Shown: positions 25,790-40,256, numbered from the stretch's first letter. The stretch: 64,000 nucleotides of DNA from Eledone cirrhosa (GCA_964016885.1 OZ024743.1:257238001-257302000); one strand, 5' to 3'. Notes: generated by a model not told the origin, from the letters alone. Translations and numbers: made by a program.

Positions 25790-28529
25790 GAACAACCTGC
25801 CATCCCCTGCACATAATCATATACTGGAATCAAGGTACAAATTGTTGTCCTTGAATGCACGTACTCTATGCAATAAGATTCATCTTTTTGACTCCTACGT
25901 CAAAAGTATCAACCCTGACTTCATTACAGTCACGGAAACTTGGGCACATTCCTTACTCTGTGATGGGGTTTTCAGCATAACTGGTTACAATTTGTTTCGT
26001 AAAGACCGCATTAATCGTGGTGGTGGTGGTGTAATGGTCTACGTTCGGTCAAATTTGTCGAAATTCCTTGTGTTGATTTGAACCAATCACAGCAGGAAGT
26101 ATTTATCTGCGATATACGTATGACCGTGCTACTTGGAGTCGTTTACCGTCCCCCAAAGTACCATCAGGACACTCAACTATGTGATATCCTCAGAGCTTCT
26201 GCCAGGAAAACAGTCACTTATGTTTTTATTGCAGGGGACTTCAATCAGCCTGAATTTGACTGGGAAACCTTTCGTTGGCTGCCAAGTGCAAATGACTTCC
26301 TTGAGCTAGTGCTGGACTCGAATTGGTCCCAAGTAGTCACCTCCCCAACAAGAGGTGACAACACTTTGGACCTACTCTTCACCACTACTCCTGAAACAGC
26401 CATTAGTGTTACTGCTGAGAAATCTTTAGGTGACTCTGATCATGCTATGATCATTGCCAATCTACCCCTCGTGAGCAGGAACAAAAACCACAACCATCTC
26501 CAAACAGCTCACTTTGACTGGAATAAAGCCGACTTGAACTGTTACTGCACCGAGTTGCAACGTCCAAACTGGCTTGAGATGTCAACACTGTACTCCAGAA
26601 CATCCTGAGCTCAATACGGACAGCATGTGCAGGATCGGTGCCACGTAAGCAGAAAAAAACATCCCAAAAGTGCAATTTGGGAGACTGCAGCAGTCTGCCT
26701 TGTCAGAAATGAACGTTGTAATGCTGAACGTGAGTACAAACTGCATAAATCAAACATCAATAGGAAGAGGCGAAATAAATCATCCAACCCCCTCAAACAG
26801 GTGACAAAAAATGCAGTGCTTCAATTTGAGCAGAGCATAGCAACCAGCCCTGACAGTACGGTGTTCTGGAAGTATGTTCACTCAAAGCAGAGGCCTCACT
26901 CTCCAGTTGGTCCTCTTCACAATCCCCACACAAGCCAGGTTACTGACGACCCCAAGGAATGCGCAGAGCTCATTGCTGAATGCTATGCAGGCATTTTCAC
27001 TATTGAAGACCAGAGTGTACCGTCTCCACCACCTATGACACCAGATTCTATTACAACCATGGTATTTACACCTGCGATGCTGCGACGTCACCTTAAATAT
27101 AAACGCAACCATGCCTCTCCTGGTCTTGATGGTGTTACATATCTGCTTCTTAAACGTGGTGGGTACTTCCTTCTGCACCAGCTATCACGCTTCTTCCAAT
27201 TCTGTCTGAACAACGGTGCTACTCCAGAACAGTGGAAAACTGCCAGTGTCATTCTTCTGTTCAAAAAATGTGACGCACATCACCTGTGAACTATCGTCCA
27301 GTCAGTCTTACTAGTTGCATTGCCAAACTGATGGAATCCTGTGTCAGAGAAACACTTTGGAACTTCTGAATCTCTTACAGTCTTATCCGGCCCTCGCAAT
27401 TTGGATTTATCCCTAACTCCAGCTGCTGTGATCAACTTATCGAGTTTCTTGAAGACATCACCCGGATCACTGATGGCGGCTCCTTGGTGGATGTTGTTTA
27501 CCTTGACTTTGCGAAAGCTTTCAATTCTGTGCCACACAAAAGACTTATGGTAAAACTCTCTGCAATGGGTGTGAAGGATGATCTTTTTAACTGGTTGAAG
27601 TCCTTCATTCTCAGTCGAAGAGAGGTAGTCACGGTTCTGGGACAGCATTCCTCACCATATGAGATGTCATCTGGTGTACCACAGGGATCTGTTCTTGGCC
27701 CCCTTTTGTTTGTGGCATATATTAATGACATAGATGCCAACTTAAAGAATGCCACAGTACTGAAATACGCAGATGACATCAAGCTGTACCTTGAGATAAA
27801 AAGGACAGATACTGAACACTATAGATCTTGCTTGCAGTCTGACCTGGACACAATGCAACAATGGATCACAGACTGGCAACTCAAGCTAGCCGTGGACAAG
27901 TGTACCACCCTGCATTTTGGGAGTAAAAACCCAGCGTCCACATACTCCCTCCACAGTACTAATATCAAGAAGTCTTCTTGTGAACGTGACCTGGGAATTA
28001 CGGTCAGCAGCGATTTGCATTGGACGAAGCACGTCTCTAAACTTGTCAAGAGGGCCGAGGGTGTCTTAGCATCACTCAGCAAGACTTTTGTCAGCCGCTC
28101 TCCAGATATCTATTTATGGCTATGGTGCGGCCACACTTAGAATTTGCATCACCAGTCTGGAACCCCTATCTTGCTCAGAACATTGACTGCCTGGAAATTG
28201 TTCAGAGACCTTCAACAAAGCGAATACCCTCCATCAGGGATCTACCATACTCTGAACGCCTTGCTTCCCTGGGCATGGATACATTGAAGCTCCGACGCCT
28301 GGCAACTGGCTTGGTAAACACCCACAAAATGATTAACCATCTTGCCAACAACAACCCTGAGTACCTTTTTGATTTCCCCACAAAGTCAGAAAACAGCACA
28401 GTTCCCATGACTTTCGGAAACATTTTCACGCTCAGAGTTGCTGAAGCATGGAACAAACTACCTGCATCAGTTGTTAGCTGTCGAGACACTGCATCCTTTA
28501 AAACATCCATGCTTCCCGAGATTCGCTAA
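25790..28529 (+). pseudogene. ORF2 of CR1-like LINE (APE endonuclease + reverse transcriptase), frameshifted
   Basis: SLNARTL, VTETW, YRPP, GDFN, LDLLF, SDH; SPGLDG, YLDFAKAFNSV, GVPQGSVLGP, YADD, RPHLEFASPVW, RVAEAWNKLP. Confidence 0.93.
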
Positions 28530-28711
28530 CACTACACCTAATGTTCCCCCTCCATTCGCATACACACATGTATATCATGACTCATACACTATTCACTTCC
28601 TGACATTTGTATATTATTCTATGTGCTATACATGCACCTTTGATGAGTTGTATTGCACCTGAGCACTTTACACAATAATTTCCTTATTATTATTATCATT
28701 ATATATATATG

Positions 28712-28760
<49 letters not shown>

Positions 28761-28932
28761 GTATATATATATATTATATATATATATATATGTAAACATA
28801 TATATATATATACATATATATGTAAGCACTCATTTATATTTATATCCATATATCTATATTAACATTTTAACATACAGACACACTATACATATAGCCAACT
28901 ACAGATTATGTGTATATATATATATATATACA

Positions 28933-29310
28933 TATGCTCCGCTGGATGTGCAATGTCAATGTGTGTGAATGACCGAGCAAGGATGTGTTGAAAGAGAAAC
29001 TGTGTATAAGAGGGATAAATTGCAGTGTGCGGGAGTAAAGACTGTGTTGGTATGAACATGTGATGCACATGGAGGACGACCACTGGGTAAAGACGTGCCA
29101 AGAAATACCAGTAGAAGGAACACGCAGTAAAGGAAGACCCAAAAATCATGGGCAGAGGTGGTGAGAGCAGACCTCAGATTGCTGAAGCTCACGGAGGAGA
29201 TGACAAAGGACCGTGACAAGTGGAGAGATGCTGTGCTGAATAGGACCCATCCCACGCTTGCACGCAGGGAAAAGTGGACGTAAAATGATGATGATAATGA
29301 TTATGATGAT
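28933..29310 (+). mobile_element. RTE-clade LINE 3' fragment with (GAT)n tail
   Basis: Close reverse-complement match to 17868-18225. Confidence 0.9.
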
Positions 29311-29661
29311 ATATATATAGATATATAATTTTTTTTTTTCTGGAGTGAGAGACTCTTAGTCTTCATTAAGATACCTCTTTAGGAGATGGTCACTGTGACA
29401 TCATTTGCCTCCAATGGTCTAGATGAGTTCTTTTGGGGGGACAAATGCATTCGATGTTCAGAAAGTGGAACTGGCGCTGTGCAAAGCTTTTCCCAACTTA
29501 AATAAGCCCCATGCACAGGCATCACTTGACATGTGACATTTTTTTAGATGCATGTTATTGCTGGCCATAGGCAAGTCCCTAGCAGAACTAACCAGCCACA
29601 TCCCTGATGCTCATGCTTAAGTATTAAGTGATGGCATTACTAGAAATTGAGTTGCAGCCAT

Positions 29662-29703
<42 letters not shown>

Positions 29704-29707
29704 GAAA

Positions 29708-29847
29708 TATATGAAATATAAGAATCAAAGAACTGTTCAAAACATTATTGTGCTTATTGCTCCGAAGAATCCAAACCTCGGTTTGGAGGAAACAGCTGTA
29801 AGCACAATAATGTTTTGAACAGTTCTTTGATTCTTATATTTCATATA
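29708..29847 (+). ncRNA. Hammerhead (29758-29804; core CCGAAGA) enclosed by ~49-bp inverted arms
   Basis: TGCT-CCGAAGA-aTCCAAACC.tc.GGTTTGGAg-GAAA-CAGCTG-TA-AGCA; palindromic stem III ACAGCTGT. Confidence 0.75.
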
Positions 29848-30005
29848 ACTGCTCTGTAAATCATCTGATGTTTTTACATTGAGCTACTTAACTTACTGGT
29901 AATAAGGTAGTAATACATTACTGCCTACCACTATTTAGGGTGTGTGTAAAATACTTACAACTGCTTAAGGTTTTGTGTTTACATAACCATAAATAGTATA
30001 ACTAA

Positions 30006-30058
<53 letters not shown>

Positions 30059-30112
30059 TATATAGATATATATATATATACATATATATATACATATACA
30101 TGTGTGTGTGTG

Positions 30113-30490
30113 TCATCATCATCACTGTTTTACGTCCGTTCTTCCACGCTAGCATGGGTTAGACAGGTTGTCCTGTTGAGGGCAGTATCCGGTTAGCTGA
30201 CTATGCCTTGCTCATACAGGAACTGATTCTGGCTTGATTTCTACAGCTGGATGCCCTTCCTAACACCAACCTTATTTACAGTGAGTTCTGGGTGCTTTTT
30301 TCCCGTGGCGCCTACACGTCCACTTTCCAGTATGGGCTGGGTGCTTTTTTGCCGTGGCACCTCCATGATAATTTTGCCATGGGAGGGGGTGGGGGCATAT
30401 TGTCTATATGCTTCACTTTTGGCTTGTACCCATGGGAAGTCGGTTCTTCTGTATTACTGCGTGATGCCAGAGGTCACGGTCATGTGTGTG
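30113..30490 (-). mobile_element. RTE long 3' UTR fragment
   Basis: Reverse complement of 36100-36468. Confidence 0.85.
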
Positions 30491-31124
30491 TGTGGGAATA
30501 TAAATATATACACACAAACGTATATATACCCGCATATATTCATATCAACACACACACTTAAACATATACACATCTACTGAATATACTTATATATATAAGC
30601 ATTTTGGGAAGCAAATATTCCATTATTACTATACTCACTATACAGTGTTATGGTATGTGTATGTGTCTATATATATATATAAATACATCGATCTATATAT
30701 ACATATCTATATCTATATATACATATATATCTATATATACATGTATACAGGCTCACATATATACATATACACACACATAAACCCACATATTCATATACAT
30801 ACATGCATGCATGTGTGTGTACATTCATGAATGTCTGTATATTCCTTTTGTGCTATTTTTACTCACAAACATTTTTTTTTTTTTGTATTTTCTTGTATTT
30901 CGGAAATGGCTTACAGTAATGATATCAACCTAATTCCATGTAATATGGTTATAACTGACAATTTTATTTGGTTTTATTGCATTTGTATACAACCATGCAT
31001 TGTTCCTGAAAGAGATTTTAGCAGAGCACAATGTAAAAATGATGTTGTCTTGAGGTAGGTATGCTGTCTTTGTTATCGGCACATTATTGCTTATTGAGAT
31101 TACAATGTGTATGGAAAGATAAAA

Positions 31125-31400
31125 AGAACAGCTACAAGAGCAACAACAACAATAACAACAGCAGCTATAACAACTATAATGACAGCAGCTATAACATCTA
31201 TTACAGCAGTAACAACAACTATAACAACAGCAGCACAACTGCAACAGTATCAACTATAACAACAACAGCTACAATAACTACAGCAACAACAGCAGCAGCA
31301 TTAACTCAAACAGCAGCAACAATACAACAACAGCTACTATAGCAATAACAAACAACAAAAGCAGTTACAGTAATAACAGCATCAGCAACAAAAGCATCAA
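31125..31400. repeat. Compound (CAA/CAG/CTA)n trinucleotide repeat
   Basis: Direct inspection. Confidence 0.9.
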
Positions 31401-32881
31401 CCATATACTCAATAATTAGAAAAAACAACACTGAAAGCATAGCAAACTGTAGTCATGACAAAATTAAGAAGTAAACTAGGCTGTATAGACAAATAAATAC
31501 AATAACAAAAACAACCTGGGTTAGAGTGAGGACTCGATCAGACTGTAACATATAATCATCATCATCATCATCATCATTATTTAACGTCCGCTTTTCCCTG
31601 CTTGGAAATACTGCATTTGAAACAGAAGGGTCATATGTTAGAAAGGTTTTTATCAAGACAAACAATGTAGACAAACAAAATAAAAATTAAAAAAAGAACC
31701 AGTGAATTTTCTGTTAATAGACCGAATTATATCTTATGTTTTTAAAGACTCTCTTTAACCCTTTTGATACCAAATTACCAGAAACCAGCTCCCTCCTCTC
31801 ATATTTTATTATGTATATATGTATGGATATACCCCCCCCCCCCTGTAATCTCTGATGGAGACATAGGAAAATCTAAACCTGGTTGAGACCATTCCCTCTC
31901 CAGGTCTGAACACAGTAAATTTCTTCCACAGAATGATAGAGTGAGTGAGAGAGAGGAAGTGAGAAAGAGGAAGAATTGACCCCTATACTGAACTGCCAAT
32001 TGTTTTTATTGACATTGAAAAGATGAAAGGTAAAGTTGGCCTCACAAGATTTGAGTTCATAGAGCAGAAAGCTGGATAGAATATTACAAAGCATTCTATC
32101 TGTTGTTCTAACAACCTTTTCAATAAGAATTTGGTAACAAAAAATGGTTTACACAGGAAGACAGATATTAGAGGTTTTATCAAGACAACTACAATAGAAG
32201 CCATGCAGACTATCAATAACAAGTGTTTCAAAGCTATTTTCCATGCTAAAGCAGGGGTTAGCTTTGTGGTCCCCATGATAAGGTTTATGCTCATCATGGA
32301 GTTCATTTTGAAGCAATGTTTTATGGTGAGATGTGTTTCCTGGTGTCAACCCTTTTAGTCATCTCTCATAATAGACAGGAATATAGTATACCTATTCCTA
32401 ACCAGATATACACAACAGTGAGAGTGAGTATCCAATCTGATTATAGAAAGAAGATTATCATGTTTATCTAAAGACTCTTTTTAAAACAGAAGGGCATGTA
32501 CAAACATAAATTATCTAAACAACAAAACCCTTAATTAAGTTATGCTCCAAATACCATTTTGATAATTGTTTCTACATTTTGGCAGAAGGCTAGCAATTAC
32601 CCAAGTGCATTATTGATGCTTCATTTTATTGACCTCGTCAGGATGAAAGGCATAGTTAACCTCGGCGGGATTTTAAGTCAGATCGTAAAGGGCTGTAACT
32701 CTATGCTGCAAACCTGAGAAAGTCATATTACTAACTAAATCCTGCCAAATTCTTGATTAATTTCAAAACTATTTAAAAGTTAGAGGCAGTGTCTATCATT
32801 AGAAATATAGTTATGAAAGGACTAAATTCATCCAATGCCAGATATCATAAAGTTTATTTTTACAAGGGTTAGATTAAATAT

Positions 32882-33097
32882 AAACCCTTTTGATACAAAA
32901 CTATCTGAATTTCTCCTGATGATACAATGCTGTTTATATTTGTCTAAAAATTAAAGGGTTAATTGTATCCAAGGTCAGATATAAGATGTTAAATTAAGTG
33001 TATTAACCCTTTTATCAAACCACCTGAAATTACTCGTGATTCTATGATACAAAACTGTTTTACAAGATTAATAGTTGTATGAAAATGAAAGGGTTAA
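32882..33097. mobile_element. Two tiny piggyBac-type MITE-like units
   Basis: TTAACCCTTTT...AAAGGGTTAA (33003-33097) and a similar unit at 32882-32962; related left end at 31756. Confidence 0.4.
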
Positions 33098-34139
33098 TTT
33101 CATCGAACACCAAATATCACGAGGTTTGTGGGTTAATTAAAAATTAGTTTATTCCAAAGAGTGTAGAGATGTTAACTTAGCCAGCAGCATGTATTTCATA
33201 ATGACCTCTTTTCTCCAACTTTGTAATACAGACATATTCCAATTGAACACCAATTGAAGATTTATGGACTCATTTTGCTTATATGTTTTGTTTTTCACAG
33301 AATTTTAAACATTTAAGCAAGACTTTTTTTTAACCATGATCTTACTGTTTTTCTTTATAGATGTACTATAAATCCTGTAGCATACACATGCACACACTGC
33401 ACTATACACACAAATAACACACAAATACATGCAACACACACAGATATACCTGCACACACACAAACCTCAACACACAAACATACATACCAATACAGACTTA
33501 CACATATACACACCTATATATAAAAATGAGTAAAAAGAAATAAAGAATAGGTATCGTATTTTTTTATGAAGCTGACATTCTATAATGTTTTATGTCTTCA
33601 GTGAATGTAACAAATGGCTGTTAAGTTGGAATTTGCAAGTTACAGTTCTTTCAATCCTAGAGGAACATTTCATAGTTTTTTTGTAGTTATTATCGAACAG
33701 AGATAATCAATTCTGATTGCTTAGATATACACCAAATATGTAGCTAGATCAATACTTAATACCAGACAGGTTCAACAGTCTACATATGCATATTTTAAAT
33801 GGTGAATTGGCAGTCATTAGAGTGTAAGGGGGGAAATGCTTTTGCGGTATTTCTTCTGGCTCTTTGGTTAGAGTTCAAATTTCACTGAGGTTATCTTTAC
33901 CTTTCATTCTTTTAGAGCGTCAATAAAATAAAGTAGCTTTCCAGGGCAGTAGATTGGCAGAATTGTTAGATCTACAAATGAGATGCCTTGTGCTGTTTGT
34001 TTCTGCATCTGTACATTCTGAGTTCAAATCCAGCCAAGGTCAATGTTTTTCATCCCTTTGCTTATGAATAATAAAATACCAGTCCAAGGCAGTGAATTGG
34101 TAGAATTACTAGAACCTTGAATATGATGAATTGTATTTG

Positions 34140-35330
34140 TGGTAGAAAGAACACTTTGATGATCTCCTAAACCCAATCATAACAGCATTTGATGTACACA
34201 AAGCGCATTGGGGAGCTATAACTAATTTCTCTGAGGCTGAGGTCACAAGAGCAATTAAAAAGTTGAAATGTATTAAGGCCACTGGGTTGGGGTAACACTC
34301 AGCCCAAGATGTTAAAAGCCTAAAACAGAGGTATTCTCTGGCTCATACACGTGTGCTGGCTGACCGGGGCCTCTGGAAAGGCACCTAAGCAATGGCAATC
34401 AAGAGAGATAATCCTAATTTTAAAAAAGGGAGAGAAGAGAAATTGCTCTAATTATAGATTTCCTTGTTAAGCTTCCCCAGTAAATCTATGCTAAGGGTTT
34501 GGTAAAGAGATGTAGGGAGATTGTTGATCCAAGCTAGCTGATGAAAAGGTCTTTGAGAAATCATGGGAGTACTGCTATAAGGTGAATTCTTGATTCATAG
34601 ACCTCGAAAAGGCATATAATCAGATTCCATGAGACCAAATGTGGAAGGTTCTTCAGTAGTATAGGATCAATGTACAGCTTCTTGTTATTCTGATGTCTCT
34701 ATATGAATGCCCTAGTATTTGTATTCAGATAGTTGGTGCTAAATTGTAACCACTCAGTGTGAGAATCAGATTTCACCAAGGATGCGTACTGTCACCTATC
34801 CTGTCCATAATATTCATGAACAGGTTTGATATACACAGCCAGGTTGGAAGTGTAGTATCATTGGTAGGTGTAGGATCAGAGTGCTGTACAGCTAGAATGA
34901 AAATCACTGCCACAATCACTAAGACATTCATCCTTCCAAAGAAGCCTGTGCACTCTATACCTGAAGCAAGTGGAGAAGTTCAAGTATCCCAGGATTGTAT
35001 TCATAAGTGATGGAAGGCAGGAGGCTGAATTAAGTGCTGAGTTGCAGGACCTGGTACAGCAATGCACCAGCTTCAGCGTTTGGTAATTAGAAGAAGAGAG
35101 GTAGGTGTAAAAGCCAAACTCGCTATCTTCAATTCAGTATCTGTGCCAACCCTTACCTATGGTTATGAATCTTGGGTAATGACCAATCAAATACAATCAC
35201 GAATACAAGTAGCCAAAATAGGATCCCTGTGAGAGGCCTATGGAGTAACATTACTTGATAGGGTGTACATCTTAGAGATCGGAGTTGCTCCAGTTAGAGC
35301 CACTACTTCACCAAATTGGGATGGGAGCAG
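34140..35330 (+). mobile_element. Old RTE-type RT remnant (second family)
   Basis: Decayed FIDLEKAY, QGCVLSPIL, PTLTYGYESW motifs. Confidence 0.75.
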
Positions 35331-35599
35331 TTTCAATTCCCTAGTAACCTATGGCGATGTGTCCTACATTGAAGTGTTGTCAGTTCCTGGAATCTTGGTT
35401 TTGTCTTTTGTTGATGTACTACATTCCCTGTGGTGACAAAACTAGGGAAGTGGTGGTACTTCATTGGCACAAATTCACATAACAACCCAAGAGCTGCAGA
35501 AGAGCTGGATAAAAGGTTATATCTTTAAGTCACATAATAGATTCTGCTCTATTAGTTATAGAAAAAATTAACTTGGTGTCAGAAATATATTTCCATTAA

Positions 35600-36468
35600 T
35601 TGTGACCGAATTAGCAATGGAGGTGGGTGTTCAGAAAATACAATAACTAGGGTAAGAACGGGATGGAAGAAGTTTAGGGAACTACTACCACTGCTAGCTG
35701 CAAAAGGCTTCTCCCTCAGAATGAAAGGCAGACTGTATGATGCGTGTATCCGAACAGCGATGTTGCATGGTAGTGAGACCTGGGCGCTGAAGGTGGAAGA
35801 CTTACGTAGATTAGAAAGAAACGAAGCCTGCATGCTCCGATGGATGTGTAACAGTAATATACGTGAACGACAAAGCATAAATGAATTGAGAGAGAGACTG
35901 AGCATAAGAGGAATCAAATGCTGTGTGCAGGAGAGGCGGTTGCGCTGGTATGGACATGTGATGCGTATGAAGGATGACAGCTGCATAAAAAGGTGCAGAG
36001 CACTAGAAGTTGATGGAAACCGCGGAGTGGGGAGACCCAAGATGACCTGGGATGAGGTGATAAAAGCCGACCTTACCCAATTACACCTCTCAAAGACAAT
36101 GACACACGACCGTGACTTCTGGCGTCACACAGTAATACAGAGTACCCGACCTCCCATGGGTACAAGCTGAAGCATATAGACAATATGCCTCCACACCCCC
36201 CACCGCAAGGTGGTCGTGGAGGTGCCACGGCAAAAAAGCACCCAGCCCACACTGTAAAGTGGACGTGTAGGCGCCACGAAAAAGCACCCAGCAGTCACTG
36301 TAAATGAGGTTGGTGTTAGGAAGGGCATCCAGCTGTAGAAATCAAGCCAGATCAGTTCCTGTATGAGCAAGGCATGGTCAGCCGACCAGACACTGCCCAC
36401 AACAGGACAACCCGTCTAACCCATGCTAGCGTGGAAGAACGGACGTAAAACGGTGATGATGATGATGA
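35600..36468 (+). mobile_element. RTE-clade LINE 3' end with long 3' UTR and (GAT)n tail
   Basis: ORF 35721-36170 (RLYDACIRTAMLHGSETW, RRLRWYGHVMR, GRPKMTW). Confidence 0.92.
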
Positions 36469-38467
36469 TTAAATTAGAAATTTAAAATCTTTCAATATCT
36501 TATTAACATCCAAAATCATTAGAGCAAACTCCACAAGATGTCTGTCTTCTTTGCTCATTTAATCTCGCGAGGGTCATGGGGAAGAGCTCTTAGATGCACC
36601 TTTCAGATGGTGCTATCAGAAAAGAAATATTTCCAAATGATCTGGCTGTATCCTGAAACAAGACCAACTGAGCTTATGGATGTTATCCAACTGTTATGCT
36701 CATGGTCTACACCTGGTTCTCCTGTTGATTGGCTTTGCCCATAAAATCTATCAAGCATTTCTTTCTTTAGACATTCTAACTATATGTCTGATGTGTCAAG
36801 CGTTAATAACCTGGTAAATGCTGACATGTAGTAGCAACGAGTAACAGGCAATTGGCATGCATGCAAATTACCCAGTCTTGGCATTGGTGACTCTGGATAA
36901 CTTTAGTAAAATCGAAGGAGCTAGAATCCTGTTTAGCCTTCATGCAACATATCCTCCATGAGTCCACCACTAGATGACATTTGAAATTTAATGAATACAA
37001 GAGAACATTTTTTCTAGTAAGATTAAAGAAAAAAATGATAGGTAGTATTGGAGACAGATATATATTTTTAAAATATTATCATATCTTTCTATTAAATTTG
37101 AAATTTAATAGAACCCACACACATAAATCAAATATTACATTGAAGATTTAAGAAAACAAAGGTGATAGACACTGCTATTAATCAGTCTGGTTCTTAGTTT
37201 GATTATAAAATGTCCTGCTGTAGGACATTTTGTCTGTCAGATTCTAAAGACTAAATATGTGGGTGGAATTGTCTTGTATTTATAACAATGAAGCCATACT
37301 GTATTTCTTTCCACCTGTTGCCTTGAAGAAATTATCTTACATCTGTATTTTTACAGAACTCTTAACTAATATTTTTTTTCAATTTACTTTACAACCTCAA
37401 CTGCAGACATGATTCCCAAAGTAGGGGTGCTGGGGGTTTAAAGAGTGGCACAGGATGAAATGTATTCTCTAAAACAGGAGCAGTTGCACCACAAATATGA
37501 GAATCTGTCTTTAGATCTTTCCATTATATTTAAAATTTAATAAACATTTTCTTCTTCTTTTCTTTGCCCACTTATTTCTAAGAGAGTCTTTTCAGAAGCA
37601 ACCATCTCCAACCGATCCAACTGTATCCCATTTAATGAACATGAACAATAATATTGCATTTTTATAAAAATTGAAGTTGGAAAACTTATGAGTGCCTCAT
37701 TTTTTGTCCTTATATGACATGAATAGTGTGTGTCTCCTATAGATGAGTTGGGAAACCACAAGGAGAACCTAGATATAAAACCCCTACAAATTTGTTCATC
37801 CATACAAGGATACTGCCATGAACATTTGTCTATGAATACGGAAATTCAACAAATATAACATTAAATTATATTATACTGTTTAACCAGATGTTTTATTAGA
37901 GAAAAAAAATAAAATATCAATCAAAGAGTAATTGAGTACCTGTTTATTTCATAAAGGATTAAATGGTTTAAAAAGTTTAGAGATATCTGATGTAGACATA
38001 AATGAGTGATAGTTTTAAATGTTTAGTGATCTCTGAAGTACAGTTTCACATTCAGTGTAGAACAAATTTTATACATAATTACAACTAAGCTAACTGATTA
38101 TATTATCAGGCAGGGAGCTGTATCCACTCTTTGCTTGTTTTTATGTCATTGTTCAGTAAAAACCACATTTTAGAAGTTGTCGTGACATCAAAACATTTTA
38201 CAATGTATAAAAATAAATATTTAATTGTTTCCACTTTAGGGACAAGCCAGCAATTTGAGAGGTGGGTAGGGGGGGGGGGGGGGTCGATTAAATTAAGTTT
38301 ACTGATACTTTATTTTATCGACCCCATAAAAATTAAAGGCAAAGCTAACCTCGGCAGGATTTGAAATCACAACATAAAGAGACGTAATTCAATGCAAGCA
38401 TGGTTTCCAGCACTCTACTGATACAGCCAATCCACTGCTCTTACAATAATAATAATATATATATATG

Positions 38468-38930
38468 GAATTAGTATTGGTGTTCTGAAATAGCGATGTA
38501 TATTTGAATGTACGTATAGTATATTTGATAATATACTGCATATTTATTTAAAAACATTTTCAAGACCATTCGCTATGAATTTTAAAGTAGTGACTATGTC
38601 ACATACTTAGTCTCAGCAAAAGCAAAGGGAAGTAATCGACGGTCCCATTTCTTGCTCATAAGCAGTTGTCAAGACTAGATACCCTCTCCGCTTCTGCCGA
38701 GAATTATAGAAACTGGATTCTTATGGAATTCCAGTTATGTTTAAGAGCTGTTTAAACAGAGCAGTTGCCAGCTCAGCAAAGATTAGAATTTAGTATTGGT
38801 GCACTGAAATAGTGATGTATATATGAATGTACACATAGTATATTTGATAATATACTGTATATTTTAAACCATTTTGAAGACAATTCGCTATGCATTTTAA
38901 AGTAGTGACTAGATTACATACTATATATGT
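38468..38930 (-). mobile_element. Diverged relative of the 310-bp retrozyme-like unit (~319-bp period, ~1.4 copies), decayed hammerhead 38632-38677
   Basis: Minus strand TAGTC-TTGACAA-cTGCT.tatg.AGCAa-GAAA-TGGGACCG-TC-GATTACTTCCC; collinear with the 19087-19400 monomer. Confidence 0.8.
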
Positions 38931-39251
38931 TTCATCACCATGATCATTAACGTCCATTTTCCCTGCTAGCAAGAGTGGATAGGTCATCACAGACCTCTCA
39001 GATGAGATGGGTGCCTACTTCACACATATATGTACCAGCATTCTGAAAAGTGCAGTGGGTGCATTTTATTGTAGCACAAACACAAGGGAGGTCCTCATGT
39101 GTTTGATATAGCTGAAGCATCCTCTCAGCCCTTTTTGGCATAGTTGCTACTGATTGATTACTTCATGTCATCAGCCACCTTATGTATGTGTATATATACA
39201 CATATATGCATGTGTGTGTATATATGTGCATGTACACACACACACCCATAT

Positions 39252-39282
<31 letters not shown>

Positions 39283-40163
39283 CACATAAATATATATATA
39301 TGTATATATAATGACCAACTCAATCAATAACATTATACAGACATTTAGGTTTTAATATGGTATAATACTGACACAAAAATATGGAACATAACATTTAAAG
39401 TATCATCATTGCCATCCTCCTAATCATTACTATTATCATCATCGTTATTATTATTTGTTTCATTATTAGTTTCATTATCGTTATTATCATTACTATTATC
39501 ACTATCACTATTATAATTATTATCAGTTTTATTATTGTTAAAATCTTTGTTGTTGTCGATGCTTCTATTAGAAATTTACGGTCTATTACAACCAATATTT
39601 TTATACGAAATAATAAAATGAAGCCAACATTTTTTGATGTTTCGAAAATGGCTTTAATGTGTTTGCAACAACAACAACAAAAATACAATAACAAAAAAAA
39701 ATAATGAAACCTTTTTAATATCGAAGAATTTGTATTGTAAGCATGTAGCCAGTAAGGTCAGTTAAATATCTATTAATAATTATATTTGACTTTTGTTTTT
39801 TCTTAGTCTTTGTTTCTATCTATTCAGTACTTGTAATAAAGTGAACAGTATTTCTATAACAGACTAAAGTAAAAGTTGTATCACATTTTAGATTAAGTCC
39901 GTAGTGTAAGCAGAATTGTGTTCTTTGAAAACACTTTCATGTTTTTCGTTTAATTGCAGAATCATAAATGAATTTATTGAGCAGTTAATTTTTACACATC
40001 ATTTCAGATGTATTTACCAATATATTTTAGTTTTCATTCTCATCCATTTTTATGTTTATATTTATATATTTGCCGCATTCACACTTTGCCAGTTGCTACG
40101 TTTTGGGAAGAAAAAAAGCAAATCTAATTAATTATTGTTTTAAAGCCAAATGAAAGTATGTGC

Positions 40164-40167
<4 letters not shown>

Positions 40168-40256
<89 letters not shown>

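Larger units (their letters stand above)
24370..28700 (+). mobile_element. Near-full-length CR1-like LINE ending in (ATT)n
   Basis: ORF1+ORF2, short 3' UTR and TTATTATTATTATCATT tail before (TA)n. 5' boundary uncertain. Confidence 0.85.

Noticed and set aside
37537-37803. 88-aa ORF in non-repetitive-looking DNA (similarly 31983-32358 and 36538-37000)
   Set aside because: No recognisable domain or splice context; cannot support a host exon.
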